64,000 nt of DNA. Origin: Pelagomonas calceolata. Lineage: Eukaryota. Below the pieces are notes generated by a model. The model saw only the letters and a list, made by a program, of their open reading frames with translations, made no database searches and had not been told where the DNA came from. Location of the stretch: assembly GCA_918797485.1 (NCBI GenBank), contig CAKKNE010000006.1:620001-684000 (forward strand), written 5' to 3'. The stretch's first letter is position 1. Each line of letters opens with the position of its first letter. A program made the position numbers and the translations under genes. This document shows positions 31,419-43,061 of this stretch, one piece after another.

Positions 31419-34400
31419 ATGGCCAAGCTCCCGGCCATCCGCACGGAAGGCGCCTCGCCCTTCGCGCGCCGGTCCAGGATGCCCGCCGGCTCCTTCGACG
31501 AGCTCCTGGCACCCCAACGATCCATCAGCGAACAACCCGTTCGGAAATCCCTGCGGAGGCCCGCCGGCCTGCGGAAACCGCTCCGAGACAAGGACCAGGC
31601 CGTCGCCAAGGCCTCGGAGCAGCTCCAGAACAATAGGCAACGTAGAAAGGAATACAAAAAATTGCACTCCGGTAGTATGCGGGATGAAAAAGCGTGTGTG
31701 GTGAAGTCCTTATCATTGACGGGTGGCACGGACGGCTTGGACGCCATGGCTGCTGGTTGTTTACTCCCTCAATTAGCTGCGACGCCCCAATGTTTTAGGT
31801 ATCTACAAACCTTGAATATGAGTGGCACGCGCATCAATGCCCAAGGCGTCAAGTCGTTGGCTACGTTTTTGTCGTCTGGCGAGGACTGCCACGTCAAGAG
31901 TTTGCGACTGGATAAGTGCGGGGTCTCCGACGCGTCGTCGGCACTATTGTTCCGAGGTGTAGAGCGAGCTCGTTGTTTGAAAGTCCTATCAATAGCGAAG
32001 AATAGGGTGGGCCCCAAAGGTTCAGTAGCGTTAGCTAAATCTATACGGAGTACGCATCTCAAGGAAGTTTCGTTGTCGGGCAACGCGCTACACGGCCTCT
32101 CGCTGGGCTTTCTTTGTGAAGCGTTAGCCTACACCACAACCATACACAGACTAGACTTGTCCTGGAACTTACTAGGGAAATGCACGGACGAGCAGGATTA
32201 CGGGCGAGGCGGCGACGCCCCTCCAGCCATACGAGCTTTGGCGCTGATGCTCGCGACCAATAGGCATCTACGAGCGTTGAATCTCGCGAATTGTTCCCTA
32301 GATTTAACAGCTATCGAAACCATCAGTGAAGGTCTCCGAGAGAACACGTCGCTCATCTCCCTGAAAATCAACGACGGAAATTGTGGGAAACTCGACGCGA
32401 AAATGTCCGTGACTCAGTGTCTGTTTCTGACGTTTTCTGAACTTCAAGTTCGCGTCGATGGCGTCAACGCGACGTCACGCCACCGCGACGCCGTCGACGC
32501 GGCCGCCAGAGAGTCGACGCGCCTCGCGAGACGGTATCACTCGACGCAGGTTCCTCGAGGCCGACGCGCCGTTGCAACTCGGCGAGAAGAAGCAGGTCGA
32601 CCGGGGCCATCGGTGGTCTGAACCTGGTTATAGAGAAGTAGAGTTCATGTTCTCGCCGTCGAGCTGCGCGCAATTTGACCCGTCGCGACCCTTGTATTTG
32701 CACTTGGAATGCGACCATTGGCAGGCCGACCAGCTGGACCTCATGGAGCCCTTTGGCTTTGTAAGGTTCAGGGTGCTGCCGCCGGGGAAGCAGTACTACT
32801 TTTTTTCCCAAGGCGATCAAGTGCTCATTGCAGATGACCATGCGTCAGAGATCCATCCTAAAGTTCATTCTCGTCGGAATTACGTGGAGACCACACCTGG
32901 TCATTTACTCAAATCGATACATGATTTAGATCATGCCAGACCGAGGGATCGGGACTGGGCTGACCTCGAGCAGACGCCGTGGCTCGTCGGCAAGTGTCCT
33001 TCGTGGTCCATGCAGCACGCCTTCGTCGGGCGGCACCGGCAACTGTCGGATGCCGAGAAGGGGGACCTGAAGAAGACGAAGGCTGATCCGAGGTTGTTTG
33101 CTGTTGTGCCTCCGGAGCGGTTCGGCAAGACGAGTCAGCAGGCCTGCGTGTTCGATCCTGACAGTGTTTTTAGGGACTACGAGTTGTTCGATTCTCCTGG
33201 ACGTAATCATGCGGCGTCGTACGAGGACTGGTGTGACATGAAGTTGACTCGACTAAGATTGGTACCGGAGAGCGACGAAAAGACGGCCTTGGATGGTTTA
33301 CGATCACACTACGTTCTACTAGCATCATTGTTCCAGCACTTGCGATGTGTGGAATACCCGAACCATCGCACGGAACTCAAGGATCATGTGGACCTCCCGA
33401 CGATGCTTAAGCTACTTACTCGTACTGGATTGGTCGTACCCTCTACGAGAGTGCAGACGCCCCACGTCTCGCCCGGCGGCGCGAAGGCCTACAAGGGCAA
33501 GGTCAAGAAGCGCAATGCGCGCAAGAAGTCCCTCGGTTGCGAGCACTCGTCCGAACCGATAGATACCAAATCTTTGCGGGAACTGTTCTACATCGTAAAT
33601 GTGTCCTTCGAGGAGCACATGGCCGACCCCGACGAGAAGGAGTTACTTGATAGAGGGGAGTTTGTGGAACTACTCTGTAGACTAGCTTTGCTGAGATATG
33701 CGGATCCGGCCGAGCCTGATGGGTTAGAATTACCTCGAGCATTAGATTTATTGATAGAGAACCACGTCGGCCCCTACGTCGACCACCTCGCTCAATCAAG
33801 TTCATTGACACCATCCACAATAGGTAGAAATGACGGCTTTCGAGTCAAATTCTTTTATACGCCTCAGACCGATGCTGTATTGACGAAGTACGAAATGCAC
33901 CTGAGACGCATCTTCCGCGACTACGCCTGCGGCCAGCACGCCAAAGATCCGTTTGGAGCTGCCGAGAAGAAACGGCTCGCTCAGTTGCACAAGAAACCGA
34001 AGAGGCCGGAGCTCGACATCTTCGGCGCCGACTCAGCGCAGAAAATGAACTTGAACCTGACGTGGTCGCGGCGATGGCGTCGACGCGGTGCCGCAGCGCC
34101 TCGACGCCGTCGATGCGGCCGTCAGAGAGTCCACGCGCCTCGCGAGCGTGCCGCGGTCGTGTCGCGACGGTGTCGTTCCCACACAGGCCAAGAAGTCGAG
34201 GAGGACGAAGTTATTTGTCAAGTGCCGAAGATCCAGTTCGCTGATTTACTTGAATTAGTAGTGCGGACCGGAGCTTTGGATGTCGACTATCTGCGGCCCA
34301 AAAAACAACCACCGTCTGACGGTCTTGGGAGAGGTCGAGTGACGGAATATGAAGTGTTGCAAGACGCGATCAAGTCCGAACTCCTGTCCATCGACGACAA

Positions 34401-35355
34401 GGGCGCTGGAGCACAAAATGCGTCCCTAGATTTTGGGGAGTTTCTGGAGTTCGTGTGTCGACACGTCTGGCGCTTGCATGTGTTGGAGGGTGCTTCCCAT
34501 GACGCAGGGCTGGCCCACTACCATTCTAGATTGGACCACTGGATCGAGGCGTTGTGTGGCATCCTCTATTTCGAGGACTCCCATGCGGAGCTGCGGGCGA
34601 GGTATGTCAGAGGGGCTTTACCACCCACGCCGCAAGAATCATCAAGGCCGCAACCGCAGCTCCTGGCCCAGGCCTCCGCTATTAATGTAGCAGCCAAATT
34701 AGCCTCGAAGATGCGCGGCCGCAAGTCGAGCATCGACTCGTGGGCCTTTGCGCCGCCTGCGGACGAGTATGACGAGGAAGAGGAGGAGGAGGTTGAGCCG
34801 GAGCCGGAGCCCGCCAAGCCCCCGCGGAAGGCCGCGAAGAGACAGACGAAGAAGAAGCACGCCTACCAGACGAACCCCTACGCGTTACCCGCCGGGCCGC
34901 TCCGGAAGACGCGCAAGGAGAAACCGAGACGCAAGCACAAGGACGGTCCCGCGACCTTCGAGGGCTTCTTCGTCGAAGGTGGGGAGGACCTGCCTCCTCA
35001 CTCTCCCATAAGAACGCCGAATCGACCGTCCCTCGACGGGCTGCCTGCTGCTTCTGATCCTAGAACTCCTGGTGGAGGCTTGAAGGAGGAGTACCTCGAC
35101 GACGAGGAAGAAGATGATGAAGAGGAGTACGAGGAGGAGTACACTCAACCGCTCACGGCCGCGGCCGACCCCCGGACGCCTGGGGGCGGTCTCAAGACCC
35201 TGAGCGAAGAGGAGTTCGAGGACGAGGAAGACATGGAGGAGGAGCTGTCCCTGACGCCGGCGAAGCCCATCACGGCGGCGGCGGACCCGCGGACGCCCGG
35301 GGGCGGGCTACGAAGTGCCGAGGAGTCCTACGAGGAGTCCTACGAGGAAGACTAA
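31419..35355 (+). CDS. Large LRR (RNI-like) protein with EF-hand-like motifs and acidic tail; introns 32405-32549 and probably 34025-34186
   Basis: LxxLxLxxN repeats; LDRGEFVELLCRLA, LDFGEFLEFVCR; three DPRTPGGGL repeats. Confidence 0.75.
32405..32549 (+). mobile_element. Repeat-family intron (family B), 145 nt
   Basis: GTCCGTGACTC...GACGCAG joins two ORFs (AKM/FLE). Confidence 0.75.
34025..34186 (+). mobile_element. Repeat-family intron (family B), in-frame GC-AG, 162 nt
   Basis: Homologous to 22880 and 32405 introns; ends CCCACACAG; translates as an anomalous Arg-rich insert. Confidence 0.65.
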
Positions 35356-37615
35356 GTATCATGTGACTGACTCACTTACGCGGGGCTCCTGAGAAAAGCG
35401 TTGCGTCGATGGCGTTGGCAGCTGCGTGGGCGTAGGGGCCATCGGCACGCTGACGCATGGCGTCGCTTGCAACAAAGTACTAGTAGTCCGCACCGTGTGA
35501 AAGGGGGCGGACGCCAAAGTGAGAAATTACCGTAGGTTTTCTCCCTGAATAGCTTGAACCCGGAAACTTGCTACGAACATACTTAAGGTAATGACTAATA
35601 TTCACGCAAAACAGGGGCTGCAAACGGTGGGGGGCTTTGGGGTGCGCCGGCCGCGGGCAGGCCGCGGGCCGGACGGCGGAGACTCAAAGTTCCAAATCGA
35701 CGTCGTCGTCGTCCGCATCGTCGTCGTCCTCCGGTTCCACGGGCTGGGCCATCGTCCTCTCGGCCTCCTCGTCGCCGGGAAGGTCGAATTCGTCCTCCGG
35801 CGGGTCGTACTCGAGCAGCACGTCGAGGAGCTGTTCGTCCTCTGCCGCGATGACCATGGCGGGAAGATCATACACACAATAGGTCTGGGTGTCCTTCTTG
35901 TCGTAGGACCTGATTTCAGCGCAGATCTGCGGCGGATCAGTGTCGTCGACCCACTTCATTCCGACGATCTCGCCGGCGAACCGGTACTCGTCGTCGCGAA
36001 CACAGAGCCCAACCCACTTCTCTCCTAGCACTTTCCCGCCGTCCTTCTGGTAGCGGGCGGCCTCCTCGTGGTTCTCCAGCTCCGCTCGGACCACGCGAGC
36101 CCCATCGTCCTCCTTTGCCTTCGGCCGGCCGCGCTTGGCCTTAGTAGTACTACTACTTCGGATCGCCTCCTTCCGCATCGTGATGCCGTCGCCGCCCTTG
36201 TACTTCTTCAGAATAGTGGAGAGCGGCGGCGGCTCCTCCGCGTCCACCTCGGCGATCCTCACCAGACCTCGCGAAGCCGCGACGGCGGTCTGGACGGCGA
36301 CGCGGCGCCACGGCGCCTCGTCTTTCTCTAAATCCAGCACCGCCGTCCCCGAGCCGCCTTCTCGATGAGCTGCGCGCAGGAGTTGCGCCTCGGGCGATGG
36401 CTTGCCGCCAGCGACGAGCGCGGACTTGAAGAGCGTGCCCGCGAGGCCCGCGAGGTTCGCGAACATCCGGCACGTGTTCTTGTCCTTCTGGAGCAGCTCG
36501 AGCGTCAGTAATTGAAGCCGTCCGGCGGTTACAATAGCAAAGGTAACCACGACGATGCCGTCCACGTTTGCTGGTAGCGACGTGTCGATGAAGTCCCACG
36601 CCATCGCCTTGATCGACTTGTACGGCACGACGTATTTTTCCTTCCCCAGGACGTCGAGCTCCAGGACGCCCTTGAGATTGCTCTGGCGGCACTTGATCGT
36701 CGGCGTGCCCACTTTTTGTATGGCGGCGTGCGGCTTTGAGTGGACGAGCTCCCACGCCGCGTCGCCGTCCACGATGAAGGCCCGCGCGACCGGGAACGCC
36801 TGCCCGTTGCCCGAAGCCCCTTCGCGCTTCAATAAGTGCGGCGCCGCCATCGCCATCTCGAGAATGCTGCGGCCCTTGGACGCCTTGCGCCCGTACTTGG
36901 CGCGCACCCACGCGTCGCGGAACGTCAGCTTAAAGTTTTTGACCGTGACGTTCGTCGCCGCCGCGATTTTTGTCAAAATCTTCGGCGCCTCGCCGACCCG
37001 TGCGCGCCTCGCGACGCCGTGGTCCTTGTCCCGCTCAGTTTGTGTCTTCAGCACAAACGCACGCTCTTCCGTCTCCTCGAAGTCCGCGAGCGCGGCCCTA
37101 CGACTCTCCGGGCTCTCGTCGATCGTGTTCCGGTAGGTGCCAACGCCGCGGTTGAAGGTCCAGGACCGTGCCCGGTCCTGCAGGATCGACGCGGCCAGCA
37201 GGATCTTGCCCAGGTGACGCGCGACCTTAGAAATTCTAAGGTGCTTGTCGACGCCCCGCAGGATCGAGTGCATGGTCTCGTTCGACGCTGAGAACGGCAG
37301 CGTCGACCGGAGCTCGTCCGTCATCTTGTTCTTCTTCATCAGCGCGAGGATGCCGGTCATGGCCTCCTCGTTCATCAAATACAGCTCGTAGAGGACCTCC
37401 GAGATGAACCCTCGGTACCGTTGCGCGCCGCGCGCTCTCTGGTCGATGTTCTCCTCGCACTCCTTGTGCCATGCACGCAGCTCCGCGTTGAAGGCCCGCA
37501 GATTCCTAAGATTCTCCTCGAACGTAACTTTGTCGCCCTTCGCGTCGACGCCACGCGCGACGCGCTCGGACTTCGCGATCAGATCGCACAGCCACGCCGC
37601 GCCGTCGAGCCCGAC

Positions 37616-37688
37616 CTGTGTGCGCATAACGTTCGACGCCATCCCCACGAAGACTCGATCCCCGCGAATCGCGGACGCGGGACGGTGC
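37616..37688 (-). other. GC-AG intron (73 nt) in transposase
   Basis: GAG|GCACCG...GCACACAG|GTC; contains GATGGCGT core. Confidence 0.65.
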
Positions 37689-39070
37689 CTCGCGAAACAG
37701 GTCGCCCATCTTCCCGCAGAGGTGGGCCGGCTTCGAGGCCATGCTATCTTTTGGATCCACTACTTCCATCGTGGCGAGATCAGCGAATTCCTGGTGGAAC
37801 TCTTTGGCGCGCTGCTCCCCGAGCTTATCGGTGAGCGACACGTCGTCGACGCGCGAGTAGGTAGGGTCGCCCGGCTCCGAGAGCGTCACCTCGCCGTTCT
37901 CGGTCGGAACAATGCCGCGCAGCCGCGTCAGGAGGATGTCGAAGCGAATCTGTTGGCCCTTGGCCAAAATCCAGTCGCCCCAAAAATCTCGTTTCAGGCC
38001 CTTCGTGTCGTGCTGGTCCATGTCGGACCCCGACCAGAACGGCAGCTCCTCGGCCTTTTTCACATTCTCGAACAGCGGCGTCTTGTCGCCGGAAGATTTC
38101 CCTTTGATTATTTTCCACGCGTCACGATTCGGCGACGCGCCGTCGCCGCCCGCGAAGATCAGCCACGAGCCCTTCTCAAAACACAGGCGGCGCAGCTCCA
38201 AAAAAACGTTTGCGATGATCTTGCCCGTCTCCTCATTAAGAGGCACGACTCCGAGGCAAATCTCACAATTTACGTTCTTGCCGTTGAGCGCGTGGAGCAT
38301 GACCGTCATAAGCTTCTTCGCAATGTCCTTGCCGCCCAGGGCTTTATCATCGTCGAAGTCGTCCTTCCCACGGGCCGCGCCCTTAAGCCCGTCCGGCGAC
38401 GCGGTGCCGAGCACGACGTATTCGCCGTCGATGTCCCTCACGACCTCCAGGCGCGACTCGCCGTGGACACAGTCGAAGGTCACGCCCAGCGCGAGACCCT
38501 CGGGGCCGCCGAGCGTTTCTAGAGCTGCGTCGACCATCGACGCCGAGACGCTGACTATCTCCTTGAGCGGGAACGGCGTCGCTGCATATCTTCGGAGATG
38601 ACGCGGGGTTGGAACGCCCGGCAGATTCTGCAGCATCCCATCAAAAAACTCGGGCACGCCGGGCAGAAACCGCTTCGCGCCTTTGGCAATAGCACCGCCG
38701 CGGAGCAGGTCGATGGCCGACGTGCCCACGACGGTCCAGTAGACGATCCAGAAGCGCAGCACGTCTTCACCCTCCGGGTTGCCGTGCCAGGCGTGCCGTC
38801 CGTACTCGAAGATGTTGTTCATGATCAGCACGTGCCGGAAAATAGTCATCAGGACGTTGTAGACGAACGTCCCGGGCTTGCAATAAGGTCTCATCCTATC
38901 GAAGAGCTCCGTGAGCAGGTCCTTCTTCTCCGGCGTCGCGGTCGACGTATCAGTCGAGACGCGCGCGCGCTTACTGCCGGGCTGCACCGGAATCGCGGTG
39001 TCGTCCTCGTGAGTGCCCGTCACCTTCAGGATGGTGTGGAGGAAGTCTCTCTTATCGAAACCTGTCTGAC

Positions 39071-39124
39071 CTACGTGAGCACAACCGGTTAGATCAAGTT
39101 ATTGATTTTCACACAGGTACTGAC
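39071..39124 (-). mobile_element. Degenerate introner intron in transposase gene
   Basis: GTCAGTAC + CTGTGTGAAAATCAA ... CACGTAG | GTCAGACA. Confidence 0.65.
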
Positions 39125-40327
39125 AACCATTCGAGGGCAAGAGGTCCTTGACATGTGTCCTGGCGATCTCATACATGTGATCCTCGCAAACCCAGGTCTG
39201 CTTTTTCGTGCCATAGACGCAGTGGGGGTCGAACGTCAGCGTCCCTTTATTGTTGGAGCGCGTCCCATCGTTCACCATCCGCTCTAGCTGCGTGATAGTG
39301 GCCTCACAAAAAACCTTGTTCGGGCATCGCTTGCCCGAGATGCAGCAGCAGCACGACTTCTCTTTTGGAGGAGGAGGCAGCTGCGTCGTAGGCGTCGCCT
39401 TCTTCCTCTTCTTCTTGGGCGCGCCGCCCCGAAGCCGTAGTCTCATGTACGCTACGACCACGGGTGCGGCAACGACTTCATCATCGCTATACTTCCGTCC
39501 CTTGGCTGGGTAAATGAGCTCGACGTCAGCATCAGCAGCGACCCCGAGGCGGTCGAGTACTTGCCTAGCAGTAAGACCGTGCCGCACGAACTCGTCCGGT
39601 CGAAGGCATTTCTTCCCTTGCACGAAGAACTTAACCCTGATGCCCCGGTCCGGGTCCGATAAAGGCAGCGCGGCAGCGCCCACAGGGGCGGCAGCGGCTC
39701 GGTACACAAACGTAGGAACATTTGAGCTAACGCAGAAGGCGGAGCCCAGCACGAACACGACGAGAAGAAAGATGGGGGGCCCATACACAAAAACAGAGGT
39801 GAAGAGATTGACGAATAAATCCAAGAGAGATGGTACAAATACTGTACGGCTGCCGCCGGAATAAGCACTGCCGCTGCACCCGGCTGTAGCCGCAGCACAA
39901 CTACGAAGGTGAAATAGGTAGTAGAACTGCATTTTGGCTGCCCGCGGCCTCGCGGCCGCGCGCGCGAGCCCGCTCTCCGGCGGCACAGACCCGCACGGTA
40001 GCCTCTAGTTAGGGCTCTCGTTTACACAGACCGACCTCTCCGTAAGCCCCCCTGAGCTCAGCCGGCCCTTAAGAGGGCCCTACGAGTCCCCCCGACCGAT
40101 CCGCCTCCTTCGGGCGCTCGGTGGAGCGAATCCCTATGGTGGCGTCCGGCCCCGTCCGTGTGACTGGCAACGCCACTGGCAAGTGCAACGCGCGAGGCCT
40201 AGATGCACGCCATCGCCGCGACTCGCTAACACCACGAGCACGCCGTCGCCGCGACTCGCCAATGTATACGCACTCCTTACGCGCCCCCCCTACACGCCCT
40301 CCTTGTTCCGGCGCTCCATGAGTGATT

Positions 40328-40996
40328 TCATGCTTGGGTCGGCAACATTTTGAGGTCCGCCCCGGACTTGCGCCCGTGCTCCGCCAGGAGGTCACTCAGA
40401 CGCTTGAGGTAGTCGTGCTTCGTGTACTCGCCGTAGTCCTGGTTGCCGGTCCCCTTCGACACCCTGTAGCCAGTAGGGGCGTACGGCGACCAGCGCGGGA
40501 TGCCGTAGCCATAATCCCGCATCTTCTGCGCATTTAATAAAGGCTTGCCGATGACGGGTGTCACGGGTCGCGACGAACCAGCCGACGCCGGCCGTCTCGT
40601 AATATTCACGGCCTCCTTCATCTGGTCCCGCTTCGTCCGCCGCATCGCCGAGGCGGATTTGGGTCTATTGCGGAACTCCGGCGCTTTGAAACCGGTCGAT
40701 GACTGGGCGCCTCTCCTTCTTCCATCGTTCTGGGCGGCTCGTCTCGCGTACGGATCGCATCCCGCAGGTGTGGCGGAGCGGTACCTCCCGGATCGACGAC
40801 TGTAGCGTTTCTCGTTTCTGTATAATCGCTCCGACGCAGACATGGCCTCGCGCGGCGTACATTGTCTACTACCAGGACGAAATGTCGCGGCATGCGCACT
40901 CGGCCCGCTCGTCCAGAACTCGTCGGGGTGGCCCTGCCAGTGCGTCTTCCTAAGCTGCCCGCTCCACTTGCTCTGGCCCCACTCCGGGTGGTACAT
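40328..40996 (-). CDS. Basic protein of unknown function
   Basis: 222-aa ATG ORF with RPKSA/RPASA motifs. Confidence 0.6.
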   Translation of the reverse strand: MYHPEWGQSKWSGQLRKTHWQGHPDEFWTSGPSAHAATFRPGSRQCTPREAMSASERLYRNEKRYSRRSGRYRSATPAGCDPYARRAAQNDGRRRGAQSSTGFKAPEFRNRPKSASAMRRTKRDQMKEAVNITRRPASAGSSRPVTPVIGKPLLNAQKMRDYGYGIPRWSPYAPTGYRVSKGTGNQDYGEYTKHDYLKRLSDLLAEHGRKSGADLKMLPTQA

Positions 40997-41530
40997 TGTC
41001 TATCGCGGTGGCGCTTGCGGCCCGTGAGTGGTTGCTTGCTAGGGTGTGGAGCTGCCCGGCTGTTGCTCCCTCCAGTCCGCGCGGGCTGCCTCTCGTGTCC
41101 GCGTGCTGCTGCTGGCTGCTGCCGCTATGCGCACGTTGCCTGTCCTTACGGATGCGCCCCGCTCGGATGGCTCTCGCGCGTCGCGTCGATGGCGTTGTGG
41201 AGCCTCGCGCTGATCGCGACTCGCGCTAGGTGTGTTTCGCCAGCAGCTTTCTACGGCTCCATACGCATCGCTACCGGTGCCGCGGCGATGTTCGAGCTAG
41301 GTGATGTGCGCACTAGCTTTGTGATGCGGAGGAGAGGCAACCAAGGGCAAAGCTTGAGCACCAAGCGCTACGGCTTGCAGCCACACTCGCCAGGCTCGCA
41401 TTCCTTCGGCTCGAAACCGCTGCGACAGTTTTGTCAGTCGTACGCAACCGCTGCGCGACATACGGCCGCACAGCAGTAGAGCAGCGGCTGCAAGCGCCGT
41501 GCGACGCGAAATCGACGCAGCGCGAGCGCT

Positions 41531-41782
41531 ATGGGCTACAAGGAGAACGTCGGGCGCTACTCGCCTAAGGGGATCACGCTCAACTTATTTAGTCTGTGCG
41601 TTTTTGTGACGCCGATTATTCTCACGACGCGCGGCTTCCAGGAGTGGGACTGGCTCTGGAAGGTCAACGTGGGCATGTTCCTCGTCATGTTCGCGACGCC
41701 GCCCTGGGGCTGGAAGAAGCCCCACCCCTATTCGGACCAGCGGCACCTGCGGTCGCGGGGCACGCAGCCGGGGCCCTGGTAG
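41531..41782 (+). CDS. Small two-TM protein
   Basis: 83-aa ORF with GC3-rich codons and two hydrophobic segments. Confidence 0.6.
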   Translation: MGYKENVGRYSPKGITLNLFSLCVFVTPIILTTRGFQEWDWLWKVNVGMFLVMFATPPWGWKKPHPYSDQRHLRSRGTQPGPW

Positions 41783-41955
41783 TAGTCGTGGACTAAGTAT
41801 CGGTAACACTCCAACGCCGTCGTGCCGTTCGAAGGATTAATTCCGAACCGAGTCGTGTCTAGAACCACACATCATCTTACTCGTCCTCGCCGCGCCGCGC
41901 CTCGAGCAGCAACACCCACGGGCACGCCGTCGACGCGCGTACTGCAAACCACACA

Positions 41956-42834
41956 TCACTCGTCGTCCTCGTCACGAGACCTCTTGAGCGCCTTGACTTT
42001 TCGAGATTGCAATTCGTCGACCTTTTGATTTCCGAGGTGGAGCCGGCCGTGGACCTCTCCTAAATCGGTCGTCGAGCGGTTCTTCCGCTTCTTGGGCTTC
42101 AGGCCCTTGGGCTGTTTCAAGGAAGCCTTCCACAGTTCTAGTGACGGCTGGTGGTCCCGCCGCATTTTCAAGGATAAAGGCGGCCCGGACACCTCCAAGC
42201 GAGTATCAGGCAAGGACCCCGAGCCCTTCTTCAGTCGTAACCGATGCGGTTGTAATGATATCGTATCTTCCCTGAGACCAACCACCACGACCGTATCAAT
42301 TCCCGCGAGATTGATGCGATCGACGTCCGGACCCCTTAATAAATCCTGCAGGAAGTTCTTCACTCTCTTCATGATCGGATCGGCGTCGAAGTCCCCGACG
42401 AACACTGTACAAGGCTTCGAGCCTAGTAGCTTCTCGCACGGACCGCCAGCCTCGACAACTCCAAATTCGAAGGCGTCCAACAAGTGGCCGTCGTGCAATC
42501 GTCCTAATACCAGATTGTCGGGCCGTTTTTTGGACGACGACGCGATGGCGAAGAGCGACGCGTCGTGGCTCGCGCAGAGCTTCTCGACGCTACTGCAGTC
42601 GTCAAAAGGCTTCAGGTCCTCGCGCTTGCGGTCGAGGACCTTCGAGTGGGGCTTGAGGAGTAACGCTAACGATTTGAGAGCAGCTGTTGAAGACGTGGAG
42701 GTCTTCGAGCCTCTCAGACAAAGGAGCGTTTTTGGGTTCTCGCGGAGCTTCGGCGCTCGGCTCTCGAGGTGGCGCTTGCCGGCGGGCGTGACCTTCTGGC
42801 CGCCGAAGCTTGTGGACTTGGCCTTTTTGGGCAT
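41956..42834 (-). CDS. RPF2: Ribosome production factor 2 (Brix domain)
   Basis: RAPKLRENPK, PFDD, SSSKKRPDNLVLGR..LLDAFEFGV, EVSGP, GRLHLGNQ. Confidence 0.9.
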   Translation of the reverse strand: MPKKAKSTSFGGQKVTPAGKRHLESRAPKLRENPKTLLCLRGSKTSTSSTAALKSLALLLKPHSKVLDRKREDLKPFDDCSSVEKLCASHDASLFAIASSSKKRPDNLVLGRLHDGHLLDAFEFGVVEAGGPCEKLLGSKPCTVFVGDFDADPIMKRVKNFLQDLLRGPDVDRINLAGIDTVVVVGLREDTISLQPHRLRLKKGSGSLPDTRLEVSGPPLSLKMRRDHQPSLELWKASLKQPKGLKPKKRKNRSTTDLGEVHGRLHLGNQKVDELQSRKVKALKRSRDEDDE

Positions 42835-43037
42835 CTTTGTTTTGTTCGGTGATCGCTGCGGCTTGTGTGCAGCTTGTTGCAGCCTCGGTGTGAACTCTGT
42901 GCGGCGTGTCTGAGTGCACACCAGTGAGTCAGCGCTGCGACGGCGTGACCGTGCCTTGCAATATTCACCTCTAGCGATTGCAATTGCTAAGCAGAAGTGC
43001 AAAGACGGTGCTTGTTTTGGCATCGCCTGCTGATGCT

Positions 43038-43061
43038 TCTAGTGTCTTACTGGACGCTAGC
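43038..43061 (+). promoter_or_regulatory. Intergenic dyad motif copy
   Basis: TCTAGTGTCTTACTGGACGCTAGC, divergent spacer. Confidence 0.55.

Larger units (their letters stand above)
35684..39932 (-). mobile_element. P-element/THAP-like DDE transposase gene with N-terminal ubiquitin-like domain; exons 39932-39125, 39070-37689, 37615-35684 (~1373 aa)
   Basis: LRLRGG then PKKKRKK then C..C..CEDH finger; VTFD, IAKKLMTVMLHAL, GDGASPNRDAW, DMDQHDTKGLKR, DSMASKPA, SNETMHSILR fall in the order of P/THAP9 motifs; both introns restore frame. Confidence 0.7.

Noticed and set aside
35040..35315. Three DPRTPGGGL repeats
   Set aside because: Ordinary low-complexity protein repeats within the LRR gene tail
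37506..37688. Programmed frameshift between transposase ORFs
   Set aside because: A GC-AG intron with the family's CACACAG acceptor explains the frame change more simply
35503..40153. Possible TIR pair for the transposase: GGGGGCGGACGCCA (35503-16) vs TGGCGTCCGGCCCC (40140-53)
   Set aside because: Only 13/14 in GC-rich DNA, does not extend, and no 8-bp TSD found; termini remain undefined
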